A DNA stretch of 64,000 nucleotides from Cetorhinus maximus. Its lineage: Eukaryota. How positions within the stretch are numbered: position 1 is the first letter of the stretch; every line of letters starts with the position of its first letter. Below the pieces are notes generated by a model. That model was given only the letters and a program-made list of their open reading frames with translations. It was not told the DNA's origin and searched no databases. A program made the translations under genes and the position numbers. The stretch covers positions 51,956,001-52,020,000 of the forward strand of contig NC_135902.1 of assembly GCF_964194155.1 (NCBI RefSeq), given 5' to 3'. This document shows, one piece after another, positions 35,600 through 49,434 of the stretch.

Positions 35600-37500
35600 G
35601 GGCTTATCTTTACATCATTTTTTGAACAAGGGTGTAACATTTGGAATTCTCCAGTCCTTTGGCACCACCCCTGAGTCCAAAGGAGATGGAAAAATGATGG
35701 CCAGTGTCTCCATAATTTCCACTCTTATTTCCCTCAGTATCCTTGGATGCATCTCATCTGGTCCTGGTGCCTTATCAACTTTAAGAACAGATAGCCTATC
35801 CAATGCCACCTCCTTATTAATTTTAAACCCTTCTAGTGTCTGAATTGTTTCCCCTTTCACCATGGCCTGGGTAGCATCTTCTTCCTTAGTAAAGATAGAT
35901 GAAAATTATTCATTTAATACCTCACCTATGTGCTCTGCCTTCATGCGTAAATTCCCTTTATGGACCCTGAACAACTCTGCTCCTCCTTTTATCACCCTTT
36001 TTAAAAAAAATTCTTTCATGGCATGTAGGTGTCGCTGACTAGGCCAGCATTTATTGCCCGTCCCTAATTGCCCTTGTTCAGAGGGCAGTTAAGAGTCAAC
36101 CACACTGCTGTGGGTCTGGAGTCACATAGGCCAGGGCAGGTAAGGACAGCAGATTTCCTTCCCTAAAGGACATTAGTGAACTAGATTTTTTTTCTTTTAC
36201 GACAATCGGCAATGGTTTCATGGTCATCATCAGGCTTTTAATTCCAGATTTTTGTTGAATTCAAATTTCACCATCTGCCGTGGTGGGATTAGAACTCAGG
36301 TACCCACAGCGTTACTAGAGTATTCTCTGGAATACTAGTCCAGTGACAACACACTATGCCACTGCCTTCCCCTATCTATGTGCCTATAGAAGATTTTGGG
36401 ATTCCCTCTCATGTTAGCTGCCAGTCTCTTTTCATACTCCCTTTTCGCGTCTCTTATTTGCTTTTTCACCTCCCCTCTGAATCTTCGATATTCAGTCTGG
36501 TTTACAATTATATTTTCTACTTGACATCTGTCATAAGCATACTTTTTCTTCCTAATCTTAATATCTACTTCTTTCATTATCCACAAAAGCTCTGTATTTG
36601 TTCCCTTTCAAGAGAACAATACTTTGACTGTGCCTGAACTCTCTCTTTCCTTTGAAGTGAGTCCACTGTGCAGCTGCTGCTGTTTTTCCTGCCAATCTTT
36701 TATTCCAGTTTATTCAGCCCAGATTTGCTGTTATATTTTGAGATCCTGCTTGCTACTTTCCTACCTAGCTCTCTAAATTCTGACTGTAGGACCACATCCC
36801 TCTTTCTGCCTATGTCGTTTGTACCAATGTGCACCATGAGTGCGGTCTACGCACTCTCCTGCCTCAGGGTGCTCTGCAGCCAGTGACATCCTTGGCCCTG
36901 GCACCAGGGAGGCAACACACCATTCTGAATTCATGTTTGCAGCCACAGAAACGCCTATCTATTCCCCTAACTATCAAATCACTTATCACTATTGCTCTTC
37001 CAGGCATCCTTGTGCCCCTCCCCAGCCCCCGAACTCCATACTGCTGAGCACCCAGAGTGCCATGGACTTGGCTCTGGCTGCACTCCCAAGCTGAACCATA
37101 ATACTCATCAGTATTGAGAACTGAATACCGATTGGAGAGTGGGATGCACTCATGGGACTCCTGTGCTACCTGCCTGTTCCTTTTTGACTGTCTGGTGGTC
37201 ATGCACTCCTCTCTCCCTGCATACTCTTAAGCTGCAGGGTGACCACATCTAAAGACATGCTATCCACGAAGCTCTCAACCTCACGGATGCACCGCAGTGA
37301 CGCCAGATGCTGATTGCTGCTCAAGTTCTGAAACCTGGAGTTCAAGCAGCTGCAGCTGATGATACTTCCTGCACAAATGGTTATCCAAGACATGGGAAGT
37401 GCCCTGGAGTTCCCACACAGCACAGGATATACACTCTCGAGGTTGGAACAGCTCCGCCATTTCTCTATTTATTAACTAATAACCTTGCTGCTGCTAGTAA
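35600..37500 (-). mobile_element. CR1 LINE fragments (ORF1 esterase and ORF2), internally deleted
   Basis: IPLSNRYSVL, MVCCLPGARAKDV; DKAPGPDEMHPRILRE, DWRIPNVTPLFKK. Confidence 0.85.
35996..36372 (-). mobile_element. Full-length DeuSINE (SacSINE1-like)
   Basis: tRNA-like head, central gtcctttagggaaggaaatctgc Deu-type domain, LINE-derived tail. Confidence 0.8.
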
Positions 37501-37612
37501 AAACTTACTACTGATAACAAACCTTAACAAATACCAATAAAGCTTTACCAATACTGACAAACCTTGCTGCTACTAATAAAGCTTATCATTACTGACAAAA
37601 CCTACTAAAACT
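37475..37612. repeat. Imperfect tandem duplication at the CR1 5' end
   Basis: aaccttgctgct.cta.taaa..ctta..a.tactga.aa occurs twice, with a partial third copy. Confidence 0.5.
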
Positions 37613-38644
37613 TCATTTACTGGACATCCGAGGAAAAGACACTGCTGGAGGCCTACGGCTACTGGACCCTGAACAATGCATCACATGGTGGGTGGATCCT
37701 CATGTACAAGGCTCCGCTGTGAGGCGGCTCTTGGAAGGTGGGAGGTCTGCATGAAGCAACTTCAACTTCACTGGGGCTTTAGATCTTCATGGACTCTGCT
37801 GATGATGCGGACCTGCTTCGGAACTTCAGCAACTTCGCACCATCTTCCAGGCACTTCGCCATGGGCGAGTACAGATGACTGGTGAAGTGGTGGGGGGGGG
37901 GCACGAGGGTGTCGGAGGAGTTTGAAGTTCAGATTTTGGCGGGGGGAGGAGCGAAGTTGGTGGGGGACTTGGTATAAAAGGGGGAGGAAGGTGTAAGGGC
38001 AGGTGTACAGTGGAGGGGGGGAAGGTGTATGGAGAGAGGATGTTGTAAGGCGGGGGTGGGGGGAGGGAAATGGAATGTCCAGGTGAAAGGGCAAAGGAGG
38101 GGTCTGTGGACTCAATGTAAGCCTCCTGGGGAGTGAACTCAGGTTGGATGTGGTAGAATGGAATAGTGAGTGTGAGAGGGGGGAGAAGGAGCTGGTAGGG
38201 TGGGAGGTTGAGTGTGCATCAGTACCAGTAGAAGGGGCAAGGGTGGTTGGTGAGGCCCTGGAGGCAAACACAGACCATAGGGGTGGGAAGAAGGAGGTCA
38301 ATGTGGATGGGGATTGGATTTTCAGGAAGGAAGGGAACATGCATGTTCACCTGGACATTCCTGAAGGAGGAGGGTTTGGGCTGTAGGGTTAAGGTGGGGA
38401 AGAGGTCACCTATGATGGGGGGAAGGGCATGGGCGACTGGGAGAGGGGAAAGATAGGGGAGCTTATCAAAAACTAAATGACTACCATGCTGTGCAAATCG
38501 AAAGTGAGTGGAGTCTTATGTTAAACAGGCACATGTGTTGCATGGGAGTGCAAACAGTGGGTGGATGGAGGTGGGCTGAAAGGGAACCCCAGCAGACAGC
38601 ATTGAAAATGCTCAGAGCAGTGAGATGAGTGTGATGTGGTTGTT

Positions 38645-38765
38645 GCTGACTCTTAACTGCCCTCTGAAATAGCCTAGCAAGCCACTCAGATCAAGGGCAA
38701 TTAGGGATGGGTAACAAATGCTGGCCTTGTCAGCACCGACCCCATCCCACGACAGAATATTTTTT
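38645..38765 (+). mobile_element. DeuSINE tail fragment
   Basis: tgactcttaactgccctctgaaatagcctagcaagccactcag... Confidence 0.7.
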
Positions 38766-39718
38766 AAAATGTGAACGGTTTGCGGAAACAGTAGTGGCAA
38801 CGCTAGTTGATCCAAACACCAAAAACAAGATTTTAGAATTCCTGTGCCTATCATCGACTCTAACTGTAATTCTTATAGTTGAATGCTGAGTATGCTTTAA
38901 AGGAGCCAAATCATTCTTCACAGCACATCCACTGAGAAATGCTTTCATTTGGAAGCATTTCCCCTGCAAATGGATTAAATGGCTTATGCTGGGCATTAGG
39001 TTGTGGCTGTCAGTTCATCGGTATTGCTCCTGCATTTTGTGTTGCCCTCTCCATATACCCGAGAAGCACACACCATTCTAGGTGGGGCCACTGGCCAGCT
39101 TTCATCCTCGGCCTTCCAATTTTGGGTGGCCACCACTAATTAGACAGAGAACACAAGGGGCAACCTGTTAATTGGCCACATCCTTCAAGATTGTGCCGGA
39201 GAATGCCCTGCTGACTCAAGCAGGGTTGGGACCCAGAAATGGTCCCAGAACACAGATTATGCCAATTCCAGTTACTGTATTTATGGTCCCACTGGATCAA
39301 TGCAGCAAATGTTGATAACCCCTCTTGGTGTGGAGATTGTGATTAGGAAAAGGGAGCGTTTTAATTCTCTACACTTCCTTTTCTATCCTCCTTGAGTAAA
39401 AAGGCACAACTTGTTGATTATGTAGTTATTCAAAAAGGCTTATTGATATGCAAGTTATGTCAATGTGACACAACAAATACCCACCAAATGTAATTGAACA
39501 ACTAGGTTGTTAGTTACTGTATAAAGATACAACCACATTAACATCACTGCAAAATAAATTACCCCCACCCAAAAGAAATTATGTATTTATACACAGCAGA
39601 AGTTCAACCCAAATCAATATTTTGACATTTCTAGATTTGATTCAACACAAAACATATTCATAGCTGCATTGACTATGTAATAACTAAAGCAAATATCACA
39701 AGAAAATGTACAACTTAC

Positions 39719-39770
39719 CTTGACTGAGTGCTAATGAGGGTGCATAAGTCACGATACCAAGATAAAAAAA
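39719..39770 (-). CDS. SLC5A8-like exon (FFYLGIVTYAPSLALSQ)
   Basis: Acceptor tttccAG, donor GTAAGT, 52 bp; matches the YTGIVIYAPALAL exon. Confidence 0.93.
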
Positions 39771-40660
39771 CTGGAAAGTAATAAGAAGTCATATTAACTA
39801 TGATTTGAAATAAATTATTTATGCTGAAAGCTGTCATTCTGATCCTTCGAACAATTCACGTGAAATGAGTAGTCATTTTATCCACTTGACATAAGCAGTT
39901 ACCTTAAGATTAGAAGTCTGATAAGAATCCATTGTCTAATGTGCTCACTATTACAAAATCCTCAATTACTTTTGTAATATTAACAAGGAACACTTAGTAC
40001 ATTCATATGACGGACCCCAATAAGCTTTTTTCATGCAGATGTTATCTTTTGTTTTAAGCTGGTTAATCGAGGGAATTCTTATCTGGAATCCCTTGTGGAG
40101 AATGTCAGAAAATTTGGGAAGTGAGACCTATCATTGCACACTAATTGGAAAATGCTCTCAAAGGGTAATTTTGTCTTACATCATCCAATGCTCCTCTATT
40201 ACAGGATCTTCCTCAGAGCTTCTCCTGCTGCACTATTATAACTTTGTAATTCAGCAGAAACTCTGTTTACATGCACAAATGCTGTTTTCCACCAAACTTT
40301 TCCCAGGAGTTACTGTGGCAAAGCGGGAGAAACCCCAAGGATAATCCTGGTGAAATAGTTTTCAGAAGACGATGAGGACAACAATGATAACATTCCGACC
40401 CCATGTAATGCCGGCAGTTCTGCTCCTCTCATTTTCACTCCCTTCATCACCGGTCTTCTCTGTCCAATGCACCAACTCAGAGACTGTGACAATGAGAGCT
40501 CAAGCTCAGAACACAGCACCAGCTGAGTCATACAGCATGAGGAAGTCGGAGGAGTGGCTAAAGACTCAAATCTCACTGATACAAATGTGGAAAGAAAGAT
40601 TTCCCATGAACATCACCCAAGTCTGCACGATGTGCAGTAGATGGCATGGGTCACAGCCTC

Positions 40661-42738
40661 ATATTCATCCCTAGGAAGAAGAAGCATACTAAAGGGAGGA
40701 TGAAGCAACCATGGCTGACAAGGGAAGTCAGGGACAGCATAAAAGCTAAAGAGAAAGCATACCATGCAACGAAGAGCAGTGGGAAACCAGGGGATTGGGA
40801 AGCCTACAAAGACCAACAGAGGACAACTAAAAAAGAAATAAGGAGGGAGAAGATTAAATATGAGGGTAAACTAGCCAGTAATATAAAAGAAGATTGCAAG
40901 AGTTTTTTTAGATATATAAAGGGTAAGAGAGAGGCAAAAGTGGACAATGGGCCTCTGGAAAATGACGCTGGAGAAGTAGTAGTGGGGAACAAAGAAATGG
41001 CGGAGGAACTGAATAGGTACTTTGCGTCAGTCTTCACGGTGGAAGACACGAGTAACATCCCCAAAGTTCAAGAGGGTTGGGGGGCAGAGGTGAGTATGGT
41101 GGCCATTCCCAAGGAGAAGGTGCTAGGAAAACTGAAAGGTCGGAAGGTGGATAAATCACCTGGACCAGATGGATTACACCCCAGAGTTCTGAAGGAGATA
41201 GCTGAAGAGATAGTGGAGGCGTTAGTGGTGATCTTTCAGGAATCACTGGAGTCAGGGAGGGTTCCAGAGGACTGGAAAATCGCTAATGTAACCCCCTGTT
41301 TAAAAAGGGAGTGAGGCAAAAGACGGGAAATTACAGGCCGATTAGCCTGACCTCGGTCGTTGGTAAGATTTTAGAGTCCATTATTAAGGATGAGATTTCA
41401 GAATACTTGGAAGTGCATGGTAAAATAGGGCAAAGTCAACATGGTTTCATCAAGGGGAGGTCATGCCTGACAAATCTGTTAGAATTCTTTGAGGAGGTAA
41501 CGAGTAGGTTAGACAAAGGAGAGCCAATGGATGTTATCTACTTGGACTTCCAGAAGGTCTTTGACAAGGTGCCGCACAGGAGGCTGCTCAGTAAGATAAG
41601 AGCCCATGGTGTTAGAGGCAAGGTACTAGCATGGATAGAAGATTGGCTGTCTGGCAGGAGGCAGAGAGTGGGGATAAGGGGGTCCTTCTCAGGATGGCGG
41701 CCGGTGACTAGTGGAGTTCCGCAGGGGTCAGTGTTGGGACCACAACTTTTCACTTTATACATTAATGATCTAGATGAAGGAACTGAGGGCATCCTGGCTA
41801 AGTTTGCAGATGATACAAAGATAGGTGGAGGGACAGGTAGTATTGAGGAGGCGGGGAGGCTGCAGAAGGATTTGGACAGGTTAGGAGAATGGGCAAAGAA
41901 GTGGCAGATGGAATATAACATGGGGAAGTGTGAGGTCATGCACTTTGGTAGGAAGAATAGAGGCATAGACTATTTTCTAAATGGGGAGAGAATTCAGAAA
42001 TCTGGAGTGCAAAGGGACTTGGGAGTCCTAGTCTAGGATTCTCTTAAGATTAACTTGCAGGTTGAGTCGGTAGTTAGGAAGGCAAATGCAATGTTGGCAT
42101 TTATTTCGAGAGGACTAGAATATAAAAGCAGGGATGTGCTGCTGAGGTTTTATAAGGCTCTGGTCAGACCACATTTAGAATATTGTGAGCAATTTTGGGC
42201 CCCGTATCTCAGGAAGGATATTCTGGTCCTGGAAAGGGTCCAGAGGAGGTTCACGAGAATGATCCCAGGAATGAAAGGCTTAACATATGAGGAACGTTTG
42301 AGGACTCTGGTCTATATTCGATGGAGTTTAGAAGGATGAGGAGGGATCTGATTGAAACTTACAGAATACTGAAAGGCCTGGATAGAGTGGACGTGGGGAA
42401 GATGTTTCCATTAGTAGGAGAGACTAGGACCCGAGGGCACAGCCTCAGAGTAAAGGGAAGACCTTTTAGAACAGAGATGAGGAGAAACTTCTATAGCCAG
42501 AGAGTGGTGAATCTATGGAATTCATTGCCACAGAAGGCTGTGGAGGCCAGGTCATTGAGTGTATTTAAGACCAAGATAGATAGGTTCTTGATTGGTAAGG
42601 GGATCAAAGGTTACGGGGAGAAGGCAGGAGAATGGGGTGAGAAACTTATCAACCATGATTGAATGGCGGAGCCGACTCGATGGGCCGAATGGCCTAATTT
42701 CTGCTCCTATATCTTATGGCCTTATGGTCTTATATTCA
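40661..42738 (+). mobile_element. Relatively young 5'-truncated CR1 LINE (RT to 3' end)
   Basis: Long ORFs 40646-41314 and 41311-42036 with YLDFQK, SGVPQGSVLGP, KFADDTK; (CTTATGG)n tail; candidate TSD ATATTCA (40661-40667, 42732-42738). Confidence 0.95.
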
Positions 42739-43259
42739 GTAACATCAGGGAAACTTTTTCCTCACTGCAGACACCAATGGAGAATATGGCAACTTTTTGG
42801 AGTCTGCAACTGATCCCCTCCTCCAAACTCATAGCAGCAGCCCAGTATATTAGTACCTCCTCCAAATCAGAATCACAGCTTGCAGCCCAGGAGGTTCTAG
42901 GGGACAAGCTTGCGCAAGTGGTTACATTTCATCCTTCAAATGCCCTGGCTGGCTTACAAGAGACAATCTCTCAAGGCTTTCAGGATCAATGGGGAACATC
43001 ACATTTTCCACCCTGATGATCGGTGGCTGTTCTGCACCTGGACCCAGCACCAGTGGAACGGCTGGAGTGCACTTATATGGAACTGCAATTTTTCAGATAA
43101 TAGAACATGCCTGGCCTACAGCATATCCCCATATAATTCAAATGCCGGTGTTTGCCATTGCAAGGGATTCAGGAAAAAAATAAACCAAAGCCACGTTTAG
43201 GGCTCCCAAACGGTGCTAACTGAACAACAGCTGAGATGGCGATAAAAGCAAAATCCATA

Positions 43260-43740
43260 CGATTACGTTGGATATACGGTGCAGTAACAGGCCATTTGGA
43301 CCAACCAGTCCATGTCGGTGTTTATGCTTTACTCGAGCTTTCTTCTGTCTTTCCTCATCTAAATCCATCAGTGTAATCTACAATTCCCTTCTCCCTCATA
43401 TGCTTGTCTAGCCTCCCGTTAAATGTAAATATACTAACCACTTCAACCACTCCCTGCGGTAGTGAGTTCCACATTCTCACTATTGTCCAGGTAAAGAAGT
43501 TCCTTTTGGATTCCCTTTTGGATTTCTTGGTGACTGTCATGTTGATGGCCTCTAGTGTACTCTTCCCACAAGTGGAACATTCTCTCTGTATCCACACTAT
43601 CTAAACCTTTCATAATTTTAAAGATGTCTATTAGGTCACCCCTCACCCTTCTTTCTTCAAGAAAAGAGAGGCCAGTCTGTATATCCTTTCCTGATATATA
43701 TATCCTTGTAACTCTTTTCTTCACTTTCTACTGTGCATCT
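43260..43740 (-). mobile_element. CR1 3' fragment
   Basis: LEERRVRGDLIDIFKIMKGLD, RMWNSLPQ. Confidence 0.8.
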
Positions 43741-45129
43741 TTATACTTTATATAATTGTTATTAACGCTAGCTGTTGAAAGATGGTTATTTTAAAACAGC
43801 TCCTTTAACTTAAGGTAAAACAGAATGTTCTAGATCAAGGGATGGTGGTCATACTAATCCTCTACACAGATTTAGGCCCATGGGAAAAGAAAACCAAACC
43901 AAAATCTATTGAAAATTAAGTGACAGTTTAAAAGGACAGCTGATTTTTGGATAGAGAGAGAGAGACAGCCAAGGCTGTGAAAAGCAGGAAAAGAACTGAG
44001 AGCAACACAAGCAGGATAGTGCTGAGAGCTGGCTCACTGTTTAAAAAGAAGACGGAACAGGCGGGGATTTTGGGGATTCAAGATACAAGGAATTGCTGAG
44101 GTGGGCCTTGCTGGTGGAAATCGGATCTGGGGGACTCAAGATGAGTGGGCCAACTCTTGAAGGACAGTGCAAGTTACAACTTTGGTGGTAGGGAGAAGTT
44201 AACCTGCTGGAAATCTGGGATTAACTTGGGACTCGTTCTTGTAAGGCTATATATCTGCCAGAAGTGAGGAGCACAGTGAAAGGAGTTGAAAGGCATATCT
44301 CGATTGTGTTAGTTAATGTAAAAGTATCTTTTCTTTAGTTCAATGTTTTAGTTGCCTGTTATGTAATGTTTTATTTAGTGTTGATTTTCATTTGTTTGTT
44401 ACAGTAAAAGTCTTAAATTGTGAAATCTTGTTCTTTGGTTATTGCCATCGGTTCCTGGGAAATTCATGGCCCAGATCTTCCCATTCTCTGGATGGTCGTA
44501 CCCTGGAGGTGCCCTGGAAGATGGACTGGGGGTCCCCTCAGAAGTCCCCATGCATGGACTACATGGGAATTGCCCGCAAAGTTTCAATTTGCATTGGGCA
44601 ACTCCCCTGCATCTGGAACCCTCCAAAGCATATTTAACGTCGGAGACTTCGGATGGTTCAAACTTACTTACCAGAATAGTTACCCGGCAAAACTTAGAAG
44701 GATTAAAACCAGTTCTAACTCCCAAGTAACCATACTACTTACCCCTCCTGACTTCCCACTGGGCCCTCCACTGACTAACCCCACCCAACCCTTCGACTAC
44801 CTAGCCGACTAGGCTATCTCCTTGACACCCGACTACTGCCCAACCCCTCTCCTCACCTCAGTGGCTAGGACATTTAAACTTATCGGGATGTGACAGCTAG
44901 TGTTGTAAAAAATGGGATGTGACATCGCTTTGCCCAACGTTCTGACACTCCAAGAGAAGGACTCCAGAAGCAGCTATGCCCCACATTTCCCAGCAGGCCC
45001 AGATGGGAGTCCATGCGAGAAATGTGGAGCTCCAGTCTAAGGTAAGAAAACAGGAGTGGAGTGGCAATGCAGCAGTGATTGACTCTCTATGGAAGATTCA
45101 ACTTTTAAAAATAGATGGGGTTATCAGTC

Positions 45130-48100
45130 TCCACAGGCATCGTACAAATTATCATCATTGACTGTCCCTCAATTCGAGGGTGACTTCTACTCAAGGTCGC
45201 AAGTTTCTGCCATAGGTCTTCATGTGACTGAACAGGCCAATTCTCCACACACAAATCTTTGGGTATATGGGGCAGGATGTCCCACGAGGTAGTGAGAAAG
45301 GGATTGTAGGATTTGCTTCCTTTTTCTCCTTTCTTTGCTGCTGCTCTGCCTCACCATTAAGACATTGTAACTCAAATTGTGATGCAGTTTGATGGAAAGT
45401 TGTCACTATTTTGAACAATTGGTAATAACCTCTCCCCCCAGTCATTAATATCAATGCTGCCATGCTCAGAAGAGAGCTTCAAAGTATCTCTGAAGCATTT
45501 TCTTTGTCCTCCCCTGAAATGTTGGCCATTTGAGAGTTGAAAAAATAGGTCTTGATGGAGGAAAAGCTTTCTGGCCATCTGGACACAGCGTCCAGTCCAT
45601 CAAAATTGATTTTTCAGGAGTTTTGCCTGAATGTTTGTGGACCCAACTTCAAGAAGGACTCCAGCATTTATTTAACAGTCCTCCCATTGAATCTAGAGGA
45701 TACAGTGAAGGCATTGCTGATGGAATTTTTGTCGCTCTTTTTTGTGTTGCTGATACACAGGTCTCACTGTCAGTATAGCAGTGTGGTGATGACAGGTGTT
45801 CTGTATAGTAGAGCTTTTGTTGACTTGGAGGTATTTATTGTCAAACACTCACTCCGTAGATTGTAAAAGGCTGACCTGGCACAGCTGATCCGATGTTGAA
45901 TCTCTGTCAATGGTAGGCTTTTGAGAAAGGTAGCTGCCAAGGAAAGTGCTCAATATAATCCAGAGTCTCTCCTTCAATATCTAAGGGAGGTGAAATATTT
46001 GACTGACCAGGTGTAGGTTGATATGAGTTTTATTTGAGATCGAGTGTGGCTTGCAAATCTGATGCAGAGTGGGCAATGACACTGCATTCTTCTGCAAACT
46101 GTAAATCATGTCTATCTATGGCAGTCAGTTTAAGTTTTGGCACCGAGACAACTGAGGTTAAAGAGTTTTCCATCTAGGTAGTATTTAATACTAACAATGG
46201 AGGACAGTTGGACCTTGATGAGGTGAATAGCCAATGTCAGGCTGATTGTAAATAGCATTGGGGCTATCACCCAGCCTTGCTTGACCCCAGTCTGGATTTT
46301 GAAGGCATCTGTTTCAGATTTCCCACTCAAAACAGCTGCAGTCATATTATTATGGAAGAACTGCAGGATTGTGATGAAGTTTCTTAGACATTCAAATCTT
46401 TGGAGCACAAACCACAGAGCCTCAATTTACTGAGTCAAATGCTTTGAACAGGTCAATTAATGCAGTGAAGGATTCCTGGTGTTGTTCTCGACATTTTTCT
46501 TGGATTTGGCAACAAAGACCCAGTCAAAGGTTCCTCTGGAAGGTCCCTGGGAGGATTTCCTCAGCCATAAGAATTAGGCAACTCAAAAGAATGCATGTCA
46601 GGATTTTCCCTGCTGTGGACAAGAGGAAAATACCGCAATAGTTTCCACAGCATGATTTATCTCCCTTCTTGAAGGTAGTTACAATTATCACATTCCTGAA
46701 GTCGGGAGTGGGGGGAGGGGGGCAGTTCTTTTTCCTCCCAAATATGTAGGATGGGCACATGAAGTTTTGGTGAGCAAAAGCCCATCAGCTTTGAAGACCT
46801 CAGATGGACTACAATTGGGGCTACATGCTTTGTTGTCTATCATCCATCTGATTGCTTGGTGGTGGTTCATCCATGGACTCTACCTCGGTATGCGAGATAG
46901 CCTGTTGAATAATCAGCTACTACTTTGGATTTGCAGTTGAAGATCTGTTGAAAATGTTCTTTCTAGCTTTGACGGATGGCATTGTCATCCTTAAGAAGAG
47001 AAACACCATCCTGTGGTCAATAGATGGCCCTGCCGGCTTCAAAAAAACTTTGCACGTCATAACAGTCAGCATATTGTTGGAACTCTCGGGCTCTCAACCC
47101 ATCCATGTGTCCTTTACCTTCTGTATTTCTCTTTGAGCATCAGCATTGAGCTGATGGAATGCTGCCTTTTAACTTGTTCTGCTAGACAATTAAGGCTGCT
47201 CAGTTTTGTGCTAAGAGATCACATATTTCAGCATCCTTTTCATCAATCCAGTCCCAGTGATTGTGATGCTCAAACCCAATGGTCTTGGCACAGGAGTCCA
47301 GTACAACTCACTTAATTTGATTCCACGGTTTTGCAATTGAGTTGGATGTGTGAAGATTTTCCAGATTAGTTGTGAGCTGCACTTGGAATTCCTCTCTTCG
47401 GTAAAGCTGCTTGAGGGCTGAGACATTGATCTTCTTCCTCTTGGACTTTGTGATGTCTTGGTGCTAGGCAGATGTTCATCACCAATTTAACAAGTCTGTG
47501 ATCTGTCCAGCATGCATCAATCCCCCACATGGATCGAGTTATACAGAAATCACTTAGATATTTGACCTGAAAAATGATATAATCCAGAAGGTGCCATTTA
47601 TATTGGCTTTTGCCACCCTGTTTTTCCCAATGGTTCCACTCCAGACATAGAAGTCACGATCAACCCTAGCATTAAAATCCCCCAGAAGAATGATCTTTTC
47701 CTCCTTTGGGATGGCAGCGAGGACTTCAGCCAGATCTGAACAGAACATTTCTTTAACATCTGCATCAGAGTCAAGGGTCAGGGTATAAGTGCTGATGATG
47801 GTAGCACATTGATTATGGCTGAGCAGAAGCGTTATGAGTCTTGCATTTATACAATTGGGGAATTCTGGCAGTGCATCCAAGATCCTATTCCAGATGGCAA
47901 AACCAATTCCATGGACATAAGGATCGGTCTCAGCATTTCCTTTCCAGTAAAAGGTATATCTGCTAGCTTGTTCCTTCAGCTGCCCCACGCCAGGAAGGAG
48001 GGTCTCATTGAGGGTGGAAATATCAAGTCAGAGTCTTAAGAATTCATGTGATTCAATTGTGGTTCTTCTCAAGAGCAACTGTCTGGAAAGATTATTTGAA

Positions 48101-48650
48101 TTTCACAACTTGAAATGTTAGAATGGTGATCCTGCAGGGTGTGGTTCCTCGGTGAGAAAAAAGTGGGACAGCCTATCTTTAGGCAATTTTTTTCTGGCCC
48201 CCTTCCTATTTGGGGTGAGCAGTGGATACCCTGAAGAGGACTGCTCAATCACATATCCTGCTGCCCAAAGGCACCTCTGTCCCAACACAACTGTCCAACA
48301 ATCTTCATGCATTTGCACCTTTACGTCCAACTTTGTTTAACATAGGGACCTTGGTGCATTGTCATTGTCCACACAATCTTGATTGATTGGTGGTGGGAAT
48401 TTGGTGATCTGTGGAACCACAATGACCAGGATCACCTTGCCTCTGGAGCCGTCTTCTACCTTCGCAGCTGGTGAGATGCAAAGCCTTCCTTTGCTTGTTC
48501 TGACGTTTTGGATGCACTTTGTCTGGCAGCTCCCCCGACCCTGCCACCATAGGTGGCCCTGCCAGGAACAAGGAGCTCCTAATGCCATTGTTCAAGGAAT
48601 CGGGACACACAAGCCTTTCTGCCACATCAAAATGGCAATCCATGGAGGGG
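45130..48650 (-). mobile_element. Near full-length degenerate RTE-clade LINE
   Basis: APE (YTFYWKG...HGIGFAI, IILLGDFNARV); RT (FKKGDKSCCGNYCGIFLLSTAGKIL, TGVKQGWVIAPMLF); C-terminal GGQRKCFRDTLK; 5' UTR about 48100-48650. Confidence 0.88.
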
Positions 48651-48654
48651 ATTG

Positions 48655-49225
48655 AAAAAAACATGGTGACCAGAACTGCATGCAATACCCTTTAGTGTGG
48701 TCCAACCAAGGTTCAATACAGGTTTAGCATATCTTCCCTACTTTTCAGTTCTAGCTCTAGAAATAAGCCCTAGTGCTTGGTTTGCTTTTTTAATGGCCTT
48801 GCTAACCTGTGTCATAACTTTAATGAATGGTGTATTTGTATGGCGAGATCCCTTTGTTCCTCTACCACACCGAGAGTCACACCTTCCAAGTAATAAGTAA
48901 CCTCCCTATTTTTCCTACCAAAATGTACATTTCTCTATGTTGAACTTCATTTGCCAGTTATTTGCCCAAACTTCATATCCTCCTGTAACTTGTTACAGCG
49001 CTCCTCAGGATTGCTTACCACTGCCGCCCCTCACATCCTTCTCACCCCCCAATATAGGGTAATCCACAAATTTAGAAATTGTGATTTTGATCCTAAAGTC
49101 CAAATCGTTAATGTAAATTGTGAACAGCAGTGGTCCTAGCGCTGTCCTTGCACAACACTACTCTCCACCTTCTGTCACTGTGAGTAACTATGCTTTACTG
49201 CCAATCTCTGGTTTCTGTCTTGAAA
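48655..49225 (-). mobile_element. CR1 RT fragment
   Basis: Degenerate match to the CR1 RT C-terminal region. Confidence 0.65.
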
Positions 49226-49368
49226 TCCACAGCAAACAAAGAAATGGCCATCAGTAGCTTGAAAATCTCTCCCATACCATAACAAGAAATTGTTAGGAAA
49301 TTATTAATATCCATTATGCCAATCACAAATAACGTGAAAAGTATTTTTAACTTTACCTTTGAACTTAC

Positions 49369-49434
49369 CATGTGTATTAAGAAGCAACAAACAACTTGAT
49401 ATCTCACTAATTGTCCAAATCTTCTATTAAGATA
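49369..49434 (-). CDS. SLC5A8-like exon (YLNRRFGQLVRYQVVCCFLIHM)
   Basis: Acceptor ttctccatAG, donor GTAAGT, 66 bp; equivalent to the YLELRF exon 2 of SLC5A5/SLC5A8. Confidence 0.9.

Noticed and set aside
37475-37612. CRISPR-like repeat-spacer array
   Set aside because: Only 2-3 imperfect units without unique spacers, in vertebrate DNA at a CR1 5' end.
37768-38460. 190-aa Pro/Ser-rich ORF and G-rich tract
   Set aside because: Low-complexity purine/pyrimidine-skewed sequence explains the open frame; no recognisable domain.
43770-44470. Possible additional solo LTR
   Set aside because: Composition is LTR-like, but no reliable terminus or TSD could be fixed.
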